Part shown: positions 23,145 to 31,801 of the stretch, piece after piece
Layout: every line of letters begins with the position of its first letter
How positions within the stretch are numbered: the stretch's first letter is position 1
Assembly (NCBI GenBank): GCA_003222535.1
Contig: QHWJ01000233.1
Coordinates: 13,736-77,735, forward strand
Reading direction: 5' to 3'
DNA: 64,000 nucleotides
Origin: Acidobacteriota bacterium
Lineage (GTDB): Bacteria > Acidobacteriota > Vicinamibacteria > Vicinamibacterales > CAVVIG01
Notes under the pieces: generated by a model
Database searches by the model: none
Told to the model about the DNA's origin: nothing
Seen by the model: only the letters and a program-made list of their open reading frames with translations
Made by a program: the position numbers and the translations under genes

Positions 23145-23297
23145 AGTCCTTGGTTCTTGGTCCTTCGTGCTTCGTCCGTCCCAAGTCCTGCGTCCGTCCG
23201 AAGTCCCTGGTCCTGGGTGCGCGGACCAAGGAGTCGGGACCAAGGCCGGACCACGGACCAAGAACGGACCGAGGACCAAGAACAAAGGACCAAGGAC
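23145..23297. repeat. ~150-nt imperfect inverted repeat made of GGTCCTTGG / CCAAGGACC units, in the rnc leader
   Basis: Left arm GTCCTTGGTTCTTGGTCCTTCG..., right arm ...GGACCAAGAACAAAGGACCAAGGAC, centred near 23218. Confidence 0.8.
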
Positions 23298-23328
23298 GCG
23301 CGTCGCTCACCACGAGCGAGGTTCGGGA

Positions 23329-25548
23329 TCATCGTGCGATCTCGGCGAGCTCTTCGCTGATCGTGGCGGCGCCGACGCCGACCTCGTCGACCTTCAGCAG
23401 GATCATCGTCATGTCGTCGTGCTGGGGGGCGTCGCCGACGAACGCGGCGATCTCGCGCAGCATGCGCTCGCGGAGCTCCTCGGAGGGCAGGTGCGCGTGG
23501 GTCTCGACAAGATGCCCCAGCCGCGTCTCGCCGAACAGGTCGTCGCGCGAGTTCATGGCCTCGCTGATGCCGTCGGTGAACAGCAGATAGAGGTCGCCGG
23601 GCTGCAGCGCGATCGTCTCCTCCACCAGATGCCGTTCGAACATCTCCCCGTTATCGAGCTTCAAGCCGACCACCATGCCGTCGGGCGCCAGAATCTGCAC
23701 CTGGCGCGTCGCGCCGCAGGCCGGGGCGCCCGGGACGTAGATGAGCGGTGTGTGGCCCGCGCGCGCGTACGTCATGGTCCGCGCGCGAAGGTCGATGACC
23801 GCGTACGTCATCGTGATGAAGCTGCGCGCATCGAGATGGTGCGCGATGATCCGGTTCGCCGCGACGAGCAGCGCGCGCGGCGACGCGTGGATCTCGCTCA
23901 GCGACAGCACCAGCCCTTTCAGCTCCGCCATGTACAGCGCAGCCGACGTCCCCTTCCCCGAGACGTCGGCGATCAGCACGCCGACGCGCTGGTCGCCGAG
24001 CGGCAGGAAGTCGTAGTAGTCGCCGCCCACTTCGCGCGCGGGGACGCAGAGCGCCGTCACCGACAGCCCCGCCATCACCAGCGGCCCCTGCGGCAGCAGC
24101 GACATCTGGATTTCGTGGGCGATGCGCAGCTCTTCCTCGAGCCGTTTCTTCTCGGCCGCCTGCCGCAGCAGATCCTCGATGCTCGCGGTCATCGAGTTGA
24201 ACGACTGCGCGAGCTCGCCGAGCTGGTCTTCGCTCCTCACGGCGATCTTGTGCGTGAAGTCTCCCCGGCGCACGCGTTCCGTGCCGACAAACAGCTCGTG
24301 CACCGATCCGGTCAACGACTTCGCGAGCGCGAGGCCGGCAACGAGCGCCATCGCCTCGATGACGAGAAACAGCACGCCGATGACGAACAGCACGAGCAGC
24401 AGCCCCTGGCCGAACGTCCGTCCGATGCTGCCCTCCGCCGCCGAAATCCGGTCGTAGAGCTCCGGGACGTCGAGCGCGGTCGTCATCATCAGCGTGCCGG
24501 TTGCGCCGGTCGACCAGTCGCGGTATTCCATCGGGCTCCGCAGGCGGCTGAGCACTCCGGGCGCCGCGAGCGCATCGGGCGTCGGTTCGTCACCGCCGTC
24601 GCGTCCCGTCAGCGGCTGCGCGTCCTTCACGTCCTGAGGGGGTGCGGACGCCACGCTCCTGAGCTGCACGCCCGTCTCCCTGCGGACCTGCTCCCGGACC
24701 GAGTCGTTGACGAGCAGATCGGCGACGACCGCATAGGCGGGCCGCCGCGAGTCGGGAAACGCGACGCCGCGGACGAGCAGGTGCGTCTCCGGCGCGCTGC
24801 CGCCCGGGTCCCGGCTGTGCGAATACGCGAGCACGCCGGCGAACCCCGAGCAGTCGATCCAGGCGGGCACCGCTTTCGCCGGATTGACATGCGTCCAGGG
24901 GCCGGAAGTTTGAAGTCTGAAGTCTGAAGTTTGAGCGATCGACGGGGCCGGCGCGAGGGGCGTCCCGCACGCGCGATCGAACGGGACGACCGCCATCGAC
25001 GCACCCGGATACTGAGCGGCCAGAGCGGCCTGCCGCCGCGTGAGGATGTTCGCGACGTCGCGTCCGCCGGCGCGCTGGATCTCGAGCGCCGTGCTCTGCG
25101 CCAGGAATCGTGCCTGCTCGCTCAACGCGCGAAGACGGCTCTGCACGAGGTACGAGCTGAAGTTGTAGAACAGCAGGAACGCGCACAACAGCGAGAAGGC
25201 GACGAGCAGGAACGCCGGCACGAACCCGATGAACATGTAGGACACGATCAGCTTCCGACGGACGCGCCACAACAGCCGGCGCTTCGCCAGCACGAGCACG
25301 CGGAACGCGAAGTACACGAGGCCGGCCGCCACCGCGAGGCCGGCCACCGTGTCCACGACGGTGAAGAACGCCGGGACACGGCCGATCGCCAGGCCGACCA
25401 GGAACACGGTGAGCTTGATCGCGAGGCCGATGACGATCGCGCGCCCGGGCATGGTGTACAACAGCGCGCCTCGCAGATCTTCGCGCCGGTCCGCCGCTGC
25501 AGGCGGCTTCGACAACGACGGTTCGGCTCGGCGATTCATCGCGGACAT
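23329..25548 (-). CDS. membrane sensor PP2C/SpoIIE-type serine phosphatase with HAMP domain
   Basis: N-terminal TM segments and a HAMP region, then GGDYYDF...ADVSGKG...TDGISEA PP2C motifs. Confidence 0.9.
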   Translation of the reverse strand: MSAMNRRAEPSLSKPPAAADRREDLRGALLYTMPGRAIVIGLAIKLTVFLVGLAIGRVPAFFTVVDTVAGLAVAAGLVYFAFRVLVLAKRRLLWRVRRKLIVSYMFIGFVPAFLLVAFSLLCAFLLFYNFSSYLVQSRLRALSEQARFLAQSTALEIQRAGGRDVANILTRRQAALAAQYPGASMAVVPFDRACGTPLAPAPSIAQTSDFRLQTSGPWTHVNPAKAVPAWIDCSGFAGVLAYSHSRDPGGSAPETHLLVRGVAFPDSRRPAYAVVADLLVNDSVREQVRRETGVQLRSVASAPPQDVKDAQPLTGRDGGDEPTPDALAAPGVLSRLRSPMEYRDWSTGATGTLMMTTALDVPELYDRISAAEGSIGRTFGQGLLLVLFVIGVLFLVIEAMALVAGLALAKSLTGSVHELFVGTERVRRGDFTHKIAVRSEDQLGELAQSFNSMTASIEDLLRQAAEKKRLEEELRIAHEIQMSLLPQGPLVMAGLSVTALCVPAREVGGDYYDFLPLGDQRVGVLIADVSGKGTSAALYMAELKGLVLSLSEIHASPRALLVAANRIIAHHLDARSFITMTYAVIDLRARTMTYARAGHTPLIYVPGAPACGATRQVQILAPDGMVVGLKLDNGEMFERHLVEETIALQPGDLYLLFTDGISEAMNSRDDLFGETRLGHLVETHAHLPSEELRERMLREIAAFVGDAPQHDDMTMILLKVDEVGVGAATISEELAEIAR
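24905..24935. repeat. AGTCTGA-family heptamer array in frame inside the PP2C gene
   Basis: GAAGTTTGAAGTCTGAAGTCTGAAGTTTGAG encodes [10 protein letters not shown] on the minus strand. Same unit as 12456-12527. Confidence 0.8.
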
Positions 25549-25651
25549 CGTGGACTTCGCGATATTAAAACATGTACAGTTCGAATTTCAGCGTTCAGAT
25601 TCCCGCGACATCTCTGCAATTGCGAGGTCTGAAACCTGAGCTCTGCCATCG

Positions 25652-26809
25652 ATGAAGCTCACATCACGCGCACGTTTCAGTACCGTCTGCCTGCACGCCG
25701 GCCAGGACCCCGATCCGGCCACCGGCGCCATCGTCACGCCGATCTACCAGACGTCCACCTACGTTCAGCAGGAGCTCGGCAGGCACAAGGGCTACGAGTA
25801 CGGCCGCACGCAGAATCCGACGCGCATGGCGCTCGAGCGCAACCTGGCGGCCATCGAAGGGGGCCCGGCCGGCTTCGCGTTCGCTTCGGGCATGGCGGCG
25901 ATCGGCGCGATCGCCACCATGCTGCGGTCCGGCGACCACGTCGTCGTGTCGGACAATACGTACGGCGGCACGTTCCGGCTGTTCGACAAGGTGCTGACCC
26001 GCTATCAGCTGTCATTCTCCTACGTCGACACCTCGAAGCTGGACGAGGTCGAGCGCGCGCTGACGCCGGCGACGCGGATGCTGTTCGTCGAGACGCCGAC
26101 CAACCCGGTGATGCGCCTCACCGACTTGCGCGCCGCCGCCGATCTCGCCCATCACCACAACGTCCGCCTGGTCGTCGACAACACGTTCGCCAGTCCGTGC
26201 ATCCAGCGGCCCATCGAGCTCGGCGCCGACATCGTGACCCACAGCACCACGAAATACCTCAACGGCCACAGCGACAGCATCGGCGGCATCGTCATTGCCG
26301 TGCGCGGCGACGACATCGAGTGGCTGCGGTTCGTGCAGAACGCCGAGGGCGCCATCCTGAGCGCGTTCGATTCGTGGCTGGTGCTGCGCGGCACCAAGAC
26401 GCTGCCGCTCCGCATGCAGCAGCACAGCGCGAACGGCCTCGCGCTGGCGGAGTACCTGAGCGCGCATCCGAAGGTGAAGCACGTCTACTATCCCGGGCTG
26501 CCCACGCACCCGCAGCACGAGCTCGCGAAACGCCAGATGCACGGCTTCGGCGGGATGCTGGCGTTCGAGCTCGGGTCGCTCGACGCCGCGCGCCGGCTGC
26601 TGAACGCCGTCCGCCTGCACGCCCTCGCCGAAAGCCTCGGCGGCGTGGAAACGCTCATCTCGCACCCGGCGACGATGACGCACGCATCGGTGCCGGCGGA
26701 GACGCGCGCGAGAATCGGCATCACCGACGGCCTCGTGCGGATCTCGGCAGGAATCGAGGACGTCGAGGATCTGAAAGAAGATCTCAGCCAGGCGCTCGAT
26801 CAGGTTTAG
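25652..26809 (+). CDS. PLP-dependent Cys/Met metabolism enzyme (cystathionine gamma-synthase / beta- or gamma-lyase family)
   Basis: YGRTQNPT and HSTTKYLNGHSD (PLP-Lys) motifs with full-length similarity. Confidence 0.92.
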   Translation: MKLTSRARFSTVCLHAGQDPDPATGAIVTPIYQTSTYVQQELGRHKGYEYGRTQNPTRMALERNLAAIEGGPAGFAFASGMAAIGAIATMLRSGDHVVVSDNTYGGTFRLFDKVLTRYQLSFSYVDTSKLDEVERALTPATRMLFVETPTNPVMRLTDLRAAADLAHHHNVRLVVDNTFASPCIQRPIELGADIVTHSTTKYLNGHSDSIGGIVIAVRGDDIEWLRFVQNAEGAILSAFDSWLVLRGTKTLPLRMQQHSANGLALAEYLSAHPKVKHVYYPGLPTHPQHELAKRQMHGFGGMLAFELGSLDAARRLLNAVRLHALAESLGGVETLISHPATMTHASVPAETRARIGITDGLVRISAGIEDVEDLKEDLSQALDQV

Positions 26810-26930
26810 TCCTTGGTCCTTGGTCGTGAGTCCTTGGTCCGTCCTTTGGTCCGTGGTCCTTGCTCCTGAGTACGCACCTCGCGCGACGGACCAGGGACGA
26901 AGGACCGACGGACCAGGGACGGACCGGGGA
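26807..26930. repeat. hairpin of GGTCCTTGG / GGACC units downstream of the PLP enzyme gene
   Basis: GTCCTTGGTCCTTGGTCGTGAGTCCTTGGTCCG... pairs with ...GGACCAGGGACGAAGGACCGACGGACCAGGGACGGACC. The array resumes at 27215-27259 after the MITE. Confidence 0.8.
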
Positions 26931-26935
26931 CTAAA

Positions 26936-27214
26936 CAGCCCGTGGTGAAAGTCTGGCGTCGCACCGAGACGAGCGAGGCGCCCCGGGGTCCCCAACGCGG
27001 CAGCCGCGTTGGGGGCTCCGCCCCGCCGGCAAGGCGCGACGACTGAGAACCGGGGCCCCCGCCGCGCGTGGTTTGCGCGGTGGGGTGGCAATACCGGGAG
27101 TATTTGAAGGAGGAGCAACGCCGCCGGCGCCGGGGCCCCCAACGCGGCAGCCGCGTTGGGGTGGCTTGGGGATGCATCGTTCGTCGAATGCAGCCAGACT
27201 TTGACCACGGGCTG
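26936..27214. mobile_element. MITE-like element, copy 3 (279 bp), inserted within a GGACC repeat array
   Basis: TIRs CAGCCCGTGGTGAAAGTCTGGC / GCCAGACTTTGACCACGGGCTG. It carries two copies of the CCCCAACGCGGCAGCCGCGTTGGGG hairpin module. Confidence 0.8.
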
Positions 27215-27259
27215 CTAAGGACGGACCAAGCACCAAGAACTAAGGACCAGGGACCAAAG

Positions 27260-27883
27260 GTGCTCGACTTCCTCCTGCACTTCGACAAGCACCTCATCGA
27301 GTTCGTCCGCGATTACGGCGCGTGGGTGTATGCGATCCTGTTTGCCATCGTGTTCGCCGAAACGGGCTTTGTCGTCACGCCGTTCCTGCCCGGCGATTCG
27401 CTCCTGTTCGCGGCGGGCGCGCTCTGCGCGACCGGTCGGCTGAACGCGCCGGCGATGCTCGGGCTGCTCGTTTTCGCAGCCGTCGCGGGGAACACCGTCA
27501 ACTACACGGTGGGCCGGTTCATCGGCCCGCGGGTGTTCCAGTCGTCGCATCGCCTGTTGAACAGGCAGCACCTCGATCGGGCGCACGTGTTCTTCGAGCA
27601 GTACGGCGGCAAGGCGGTGATCCTCGGTCGCTTCGTCCCCATCGTGCGCACGTTCGTGCCATTCGTGGCCGGCGCGGCACAGATGACCACGACCTCGTTC
27701 GTGATGTACAACCTGGCCGGCGCCGTCGCCTGGGTGTCGCTGTGTCTCGGCGCGGGCTGGTTCTTCGGCAACATCCCGATCATCAAGAACAACTTCTCGC
27801 TGGTGACGATCGGCATCGTCATCGTGTCCGTGTTGCCGATGGTGTTCGAGATGATTGCACACCGACGGCGACGGTCCGTCTGA
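27260..27883 (+). CDS. DedA family membrane protein
   Basis: FAETGFVVTPFLPGDSLLFAAGAL and GRFVPIVRTFVPFVAG motifs. GTG 27260 is chosen because upstream ORF sequence is MITE-derived. Confidence 0.88.
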   Translation: MLDFLLHFDKHLIEFVRDYGAWVYAILFAIVFAETGFVVTPFLPGDSLLFAAGALCATGRLNAPAMLGLLVFAAVAGNTVNYTVGRFIGPRVFQSSHRLLNRQHLDRAHVFFEQYGGKAVILGRFVPIVRTFVPFVAGAAQMTTTSFVMYNLAGAVAWVSLCLGAGWFFGNIPIIKNNFSLVTIGIVIVSVLPMVFEMIAHRRRRSV

Positions 27884-28000
27884 AGGCGGACTGTACCGGG
27901 AATCACGGTCCGCCTGAAGGCGGACACTCCCGAGAACACGATCCGTCTGAAGGGGCCATTGCGGCGCTCTTTCGTCGGTAGTGTCCGGCTTCAGCCGGAC
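27873..28000. repeat. cluster of four REP-like hairpins (GTCCGYCTGAAGGCGGAC / GTCCGGCTTCAGCCGGAC)
   Basis: Copies at about 27873-27891, 27907-27925, 27941-27955 (partial) and 27981-28000. The first and last contain the dedA and cutA stop codons in their loops. Confidence 0.85.
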
Positions 28001-28308
28001 CGGGTCGCATCATTCACCCACGCCCCATACGCATCGCTCGCGTTCCCCTCCAGCACGACGAGCTCTGGCACCTCGTAGGGATGCAGCGCGCGAAGCCGCG
28101 CCCCGAGCTCGGGGAGCCGGGCACGCGTGGTCTTGATGACGACTTGCCGTTCCGCCTCGTGTTCGACCTGCCCCTTCCAGCGAAACGTGGAGATCATCGG
28201 GCCGTGGACGTTTACGCACGCCGCCAGCCGTTCGTCGACGAGCGACTGCGCGAGCTCATCCGCGCGGTTGTCATCCGGCATCGTCGTCAAAACCAGCACG
28301 AGATCCAT
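27991..28308 (-). CDS. cutA: divalent-cation tolerance protein CutA
   Basis: 105 aa. MDLVLVLTTMPD...AACVNV...STFRWKGQVE...E...IKT is the CutA1 pattern. Confidence 0.9.
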   Translation of the reverse strand: MDLVLVLTTMPDDNRADELAQSLVDERLAACVNVHGPMISTFRWKGQVEHEAERQVVIKTTRARLPELGARLRALHPYEVPELVVLEGNASDAYGAWVNDATRSG

Positions 28309-28353
28309 GATCCCTCTTGTACTTTGTCCCGAGTTGTTGTACTGTTTCTGCGA

Positions 28354-28749
28354 GTGTCGAAGAAGGACGAGACCAGGCCGGCGCCAGGCAGTCCGGCAGG
28401 CGGACCTCCACCGCGGGCTGCCGGGCTTCGCACGCCGAAACCAAAACGCCCGGCGCGCAGGCGGCGCATCGTGAATCTGTTGCTCCTCTTCATGGCATCG
28501 GTGATTGTCGTCGACGGCCTCGTCGGGGACCGCGGGCTGCTGGCGATGCTGCGCGCGCGCCAGGAGTACGACGCGCTGTCGGCCTCCATCGCCCGGCAGC
28601 GGGCCGAAAACGCGCGGCTCCGCGAGACGGCGCGCCGGCTCCGCGAGGATCCCGCCGCGATTGAGGAGATCGCGCGCCGCGAGCTCGGCCTCATCAAGCC
28701 CGGCGAACGCGTCTTCATCCTCAAGGACGTTCCGCTCCCGAAGCCCTGA
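28354..28749 (+). CDS. ftsB: septum formation initiator FtsB/DivIC family (start uncertain)
   Basis: TM segment IVNLLLLFMASVIVV followed by a coiled coil, then IEEIARRELGLIKPGE. Confidence 0.75.
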   Translation: MSKKDETRPAPGSPAGGPPPRAAGLRTPKPKRPARRRRIVNLLLLFMASVIVVDGLVGDRGLLAMLRARQEYDALSASIARQRAENARLRETARRLREDPAAIEEIARRELGLIKPGERVFILKDVPLPKP

Positions 28750-29890
28750 ACCGCCCCACTCGCAGAAGCGCCGCGGCTGCGAACGCCAGTCCTGCGCCCG
28801 TAACGCTGAACAGCGCACCGATTTTCGTCTCGTCGAGCAGCGGCCCTGGAGGAAACGCCGCCGTCGCAAAGAACAGGGCCACCGTGAAGCCGATCCCGGC
28901 GGCGCAGCCGACGACGATGACGTCCCGCCAGGCAAGACGCTGAGGCAGGCGGCATCCGGCCGCGACTGCGAGGCCGACCGAGAGGCCGATCCCGATCGGC
29001 TTGCCCGCGAGAATCGCGACGAGCACCGCCCACGTACCGGGCCCGGAATCGTGGAGCGGCACACCGGCGTTCACCAGGCCGAACAGGAACAGCACCCCCT
29101 GGACCGGATATTTCCACCAGTGTTCGAACTGGCTGAGCGCGTCTCTCGCTCCCGGCGGGGCCGCGACGAAGAGACCCGGATCGCGAGCGGCGTGCGGCAG
29201 GAACGGGACGATCGGTACCAGCGCCAGCGCCGGGTGCAACCCGCCCCAGTGCAGCGCCAGCCATGACAGCGTCCCGCCGGCCATGACGTACGGCCAGAAG
29301 CTCCGCACGCGCTTTCTGCGCAGGCCGAGCGAGCCGAAGATCGCCGCTGTCATCAGCAGCACCCCGATGAGCATGTGTAAATCACGCGGCGGGTAAAACA
29401 CCGCCAGCACCACCAGCCCCAGAGCGTCGTCGGCAATGGCGAGCAGCAGGAGAAATGGGATCGCCGGGTGACGGCGAAAGATGACCTTGGCGACGAGGTA
29501 GCTGAACGCGACGTCGGTCGCACAGGGAATCGCCCATCCGCGCAACAGCGCGCGCTCGTTCGTGACGTGCGCGTAAAGGACGTAGAACAGGGCCGGGACG
29601 GCCATCCCGCCCGCCGCGGCGATCACCGGCAGCGCGGCGCGGCGCCAGGTATGCAGCGCGCCGCCCGGAGCAGTGGCCTCGACCACCTCTTTCGCCGCGA
29701 GGGCGAAGAAGAAGACCATCCCGACGTCGTTGACGGAAAACTCGAGCGCGTGCGCGAACCGCGCGTAGCTGACCGCGAACGTGTTGGCCCACGCGAGGGC
29801 AAGGGAGGCGCCAAGCGGGAGCACAAGGGAATGTTCGAGGGCAAACTGAAGGAACGAGCGGTGCTCGGACCCCCGTCCGCCCGCAGTCAT
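28721..29890 (-). CDS. nhaA: Na+/H+ antiporter NhaA
   Basis: FFFALAAKEV, CATDVAFS and IADDALG motifs. About 12 TM segments. Confidence 0.92.
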   Translation of the reverse strand: MTAGGRGSEHRSFLQFALEHSLVLPLGASLALAWANTFAVSYARFAHALEFSVNDVGMVFFFALAAKEVVEATAPGGALHTWRRAALPVIAAAGGMAVPALFYVLYAHVTNERALLRGWAIPCATDVAFSYLVAKVIFRRHPAIPFLLLLAIADDALGLVVLAVFYPPRDLHMLIGVLLMTAAIFGSLGLRRKRVRSFWPYVMAGGTLSWLALHWGGLHPALALVPIVPFLPHAARDPGLFVAAPPGARDALSQFEHWWKYPVQGVLFLFGLVNAGVPLHDSGPGTWAVLVAILAGKPIGIGLSVGLAVAAGCRLPQRLAWRDVIVVGCAAGIGFTVALFFATAAFPPGPLLDETKIGALFSVTGAGLAFAAAALLRVGRFRASGAERP

Positions 29891-29997
29891 GGTGACAACA
29901 TTAAACCGCGGAGCACGCCGAGAGCGCCGAGAAAAATCGCCTGTGCGGATCTCTGCGCGCTCTGCGGCGAAATACTACACGCCGTTTCGAAACCCTG

Positions 29998-30122
29998 CGC
30001 CCACCTGACCTGGCCAACCCAGCCGACCTGCCTGACCCACCCGACCTGCCGAACCCACCAGACCTAACCCACCCACGCGACCCACCCGACCTGCCCGACC
30101 CACCTGACCCACTCGACCTGCT
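29998..30122. repeat. degenerate 13-18-nt tandem array (CCCACCCGACCTGCC-type, about 7 units)
   Basis: Read directly in the nhaA / uxaA-like intergenic region. Confidence 0.8.
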
Positions 30123-30161
30123 TGCAGCGCCGATCCAAGATGAAGGACGATCGGCGCGTAG

Positions 30162-30485
30162 ATGGAACCGGTCATCGTCATCAGCGATCGCGACAACGTG
30201 GCAACCGCGCTCGAGCCGCTCGGCGTGGGCGAGGCCGTGCACGCGAGCGGCGCGGAGCTGGTCATCGTCGAGCCGATCCCGCGCGGGCACAAGGTGGCGC
30301 TGAGGGCGATTCGGTGCGGCGAACCGATCGTCAAATATGGCAGCGCGATCGGCACGGCGACGATGGACGTCGCCGCCGGTGCGCACGTGCACGTGCACAA
30401 CGTCGCGAGCACGCGAGGGCGCGGCGACCTTGGGGCGCGCGAGAGCGAAGCGGCCGGCATGAGGCTCGCCGAGCCCTCCGAGTGA
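30162..30485 (+). CDS. UxaA-family dehydratase, small SAF-domain subunit
   Basis: DNVATAL...IPRGHKVAL...GEPIVKYG...IG is the SAF/altronate-dehydratase N-domain pattern. Confidence 0.85.
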   Translation: MEPVIVISDRDNVATALEPLGVGEAVHASGAELVIVEPIPRGHKVALRAIRCGEPIVKYGSAIGTATMDVAAGAHVHVHNVASTRGRGDLGARESEAAGMRLAEPSE

Positions 30486-31652
30486 ATGGACATGCATTTT
30501 CGGGGTTATCCGCGTCCCGGCGGCGGCGTTGGCGTGCGCAATCACCTCCTCGTCGTGCCGACCGTGATCTGCGCCTCGGTCGTCGCGGAGCGCGTGGCCG
30601 CGGCAGTGCCCGGCGGCGCCGCCCTGCCGCACCTGGCCGGCTGCGGCCAGCTTGGCCCGGACTTGCGCGTCACGCACGACACGCTGGCCGCGTACTGCCG
30701 TCATCCGAACGTCGGCGCCGTTCTGATCGTCGCGCTCGGCTGCGAGCAGGTGATCGCGCAGCATCTGGCCGACACCGCGCGCCGGGCGGGCAAGACGGCC
30801 GCCATCATCGCCATCCAGACCGAAGGCGGCACGATCCGCGCGACGGCGCGCGCGACCGAGATCGCGCAGCGGTTCGCGACCGAACTGGCGGGAGTGGAGC
30901 GGCAGCGCTGCGACGTGTCGTCGCTCATTCTCTGCGCGAAGTGCGGCGGCTCGGACTACACCTCGGGCCTCGCCTCCAACCCCACGCTCGGACGCGTCGC
31001 CGATCGACTGGTCGACCTGGGCGGCGCAACGGTCATCGGTGAGATTGCCGAGATCATGGGCGCCGAACATGTGCTGGCGGCGCGGGCCGAGCGTCCCGAG
31101 ATCGCATCGAGCCTCCTGCGCGTCATCGATCGTGTGGAAGCGGAAGCCATCGCTCTCGGGCTCGACATCCGCGGCACCCAGCCGTCGCCGGGCAACATTC
31201 GCGGCGGCCTGACGACCATCGAGGAGAAATCGCTCGGCGCCACGCACAAAGGCGGCGAGCGGACGCCGCTCTCCGACGTCGTTTCCTACGCGGCGCCGAT
31301 CACGGCGAAAGGCCTGACGGTGATGGACACCCCGGGGCTCGACGTCGAGTCGGTCACCGGGATGGTGGGCGGCGGCGCGCAGGTCGTCGTGTTCACGACC
31401 GGCCTGGGTACTCCGACGGGAAACCCGATCGCGCCGGTGGTGAAGATCACGGGCAATGCCCGCACGGCGGTCACGATGCAGGACAACCTCGACCTCGACG
31501 TGAGCGGCGTGCTCACCGGCTCGGAGACGCTCGACGCGGCGGCGGGGCGGCTGCTCGACGAGATCCTGGCCGTATGCGGCGGCAAGCCGACGGCGGCCGA
31601 GCGGCTCGGCCACCGCGAGTTCGCGATCCATCGGCGCAATCCCACGATCTGA
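30486..31652 (+). CDS. UxaA-family dehydratase, large catalytic subunit
   Basis: GVRNHLLVVPTV.CA, GCGQ, KCGGSD and EEKSLG motifs of altronate/galactarate dehydratase C-domains. ATG directly follows the small-subunit stop. Confidence 0.88.
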   Translation: MDMHFRGYPRPGGGVGVRNHLLVVPTVICASVVAERVAAAVPGGAALPHLAGCGQLGPDLRVTHDTLAAYCRHPNVGAVLIVALGCEQVIAQHLADTARRAGKTAAIIAIQTEGGTIRATARATEIAQRFATELAGVERQRCDVSSLILCAKCGGSDYTSGLASNPTLGRVADRLVDLGGATVIGEIAEIMGAEHVLAARAERPEIASSLLRVIDRVEAEAIALGLDIRGTQPSPGNIRGGLTTIEEKSLGATHKGGERTPLSDVVSYAAPITAKGLTVMDTPGLDVESVTGMVGGGAQVVVFTTGLGTPTGNPIAPVVKITGNARTAVTMQDNLDLDVSGVLTGSETLDAAAGRLLDEILAVCGGKPTAAERLGHREFAIHRRNPTI

Positions 31653-31660
31653 CTCATCGT

Positions 31661-31750
31661 TAATGGCTAATGGCTAATGGCTGATGGCTCATGGTCGATG
31701 GAAGGCCGTTACCATTCTCCATATGCCATTAGCCATCAGCCATCAGCCAT
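31661..31750. repeat. hairpin built from ATGGCTA/ATGGCTG heptamers
   Basis: TAATGGCTAATGGCTAATGGCTGATGGCTCATGG ... CCATTAGCCATCAGCCATCAGCCAT. Confidence 0.88.
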
Positions 31751-31764
31751 GACGTGATCTTTTG

Positions 31765-31780
31765 ACTTTACCGGTAAAGT
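31765..31780. promoter_or_regulatory. perfect 16-bp palindrome ACTTTACCGGTAAAGT (putative LacI-family operator)
   Basis: It lies 22-37 nt upstream of ATG 31802. Near-identical sites occur at 45227-45264 and 52261-52298. Confidence 0.7.
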
Positions 31781-31801
31781 ATGTGATATTTCGCGCCCAC
31801 C

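Noticed and set aside
29998-30122. Possible CRISPR array, here and at 41672-41793.
   Set aside because: The units are 7-39 nt and directly abutting, with no unique spacers. There are no cas genes in the window.
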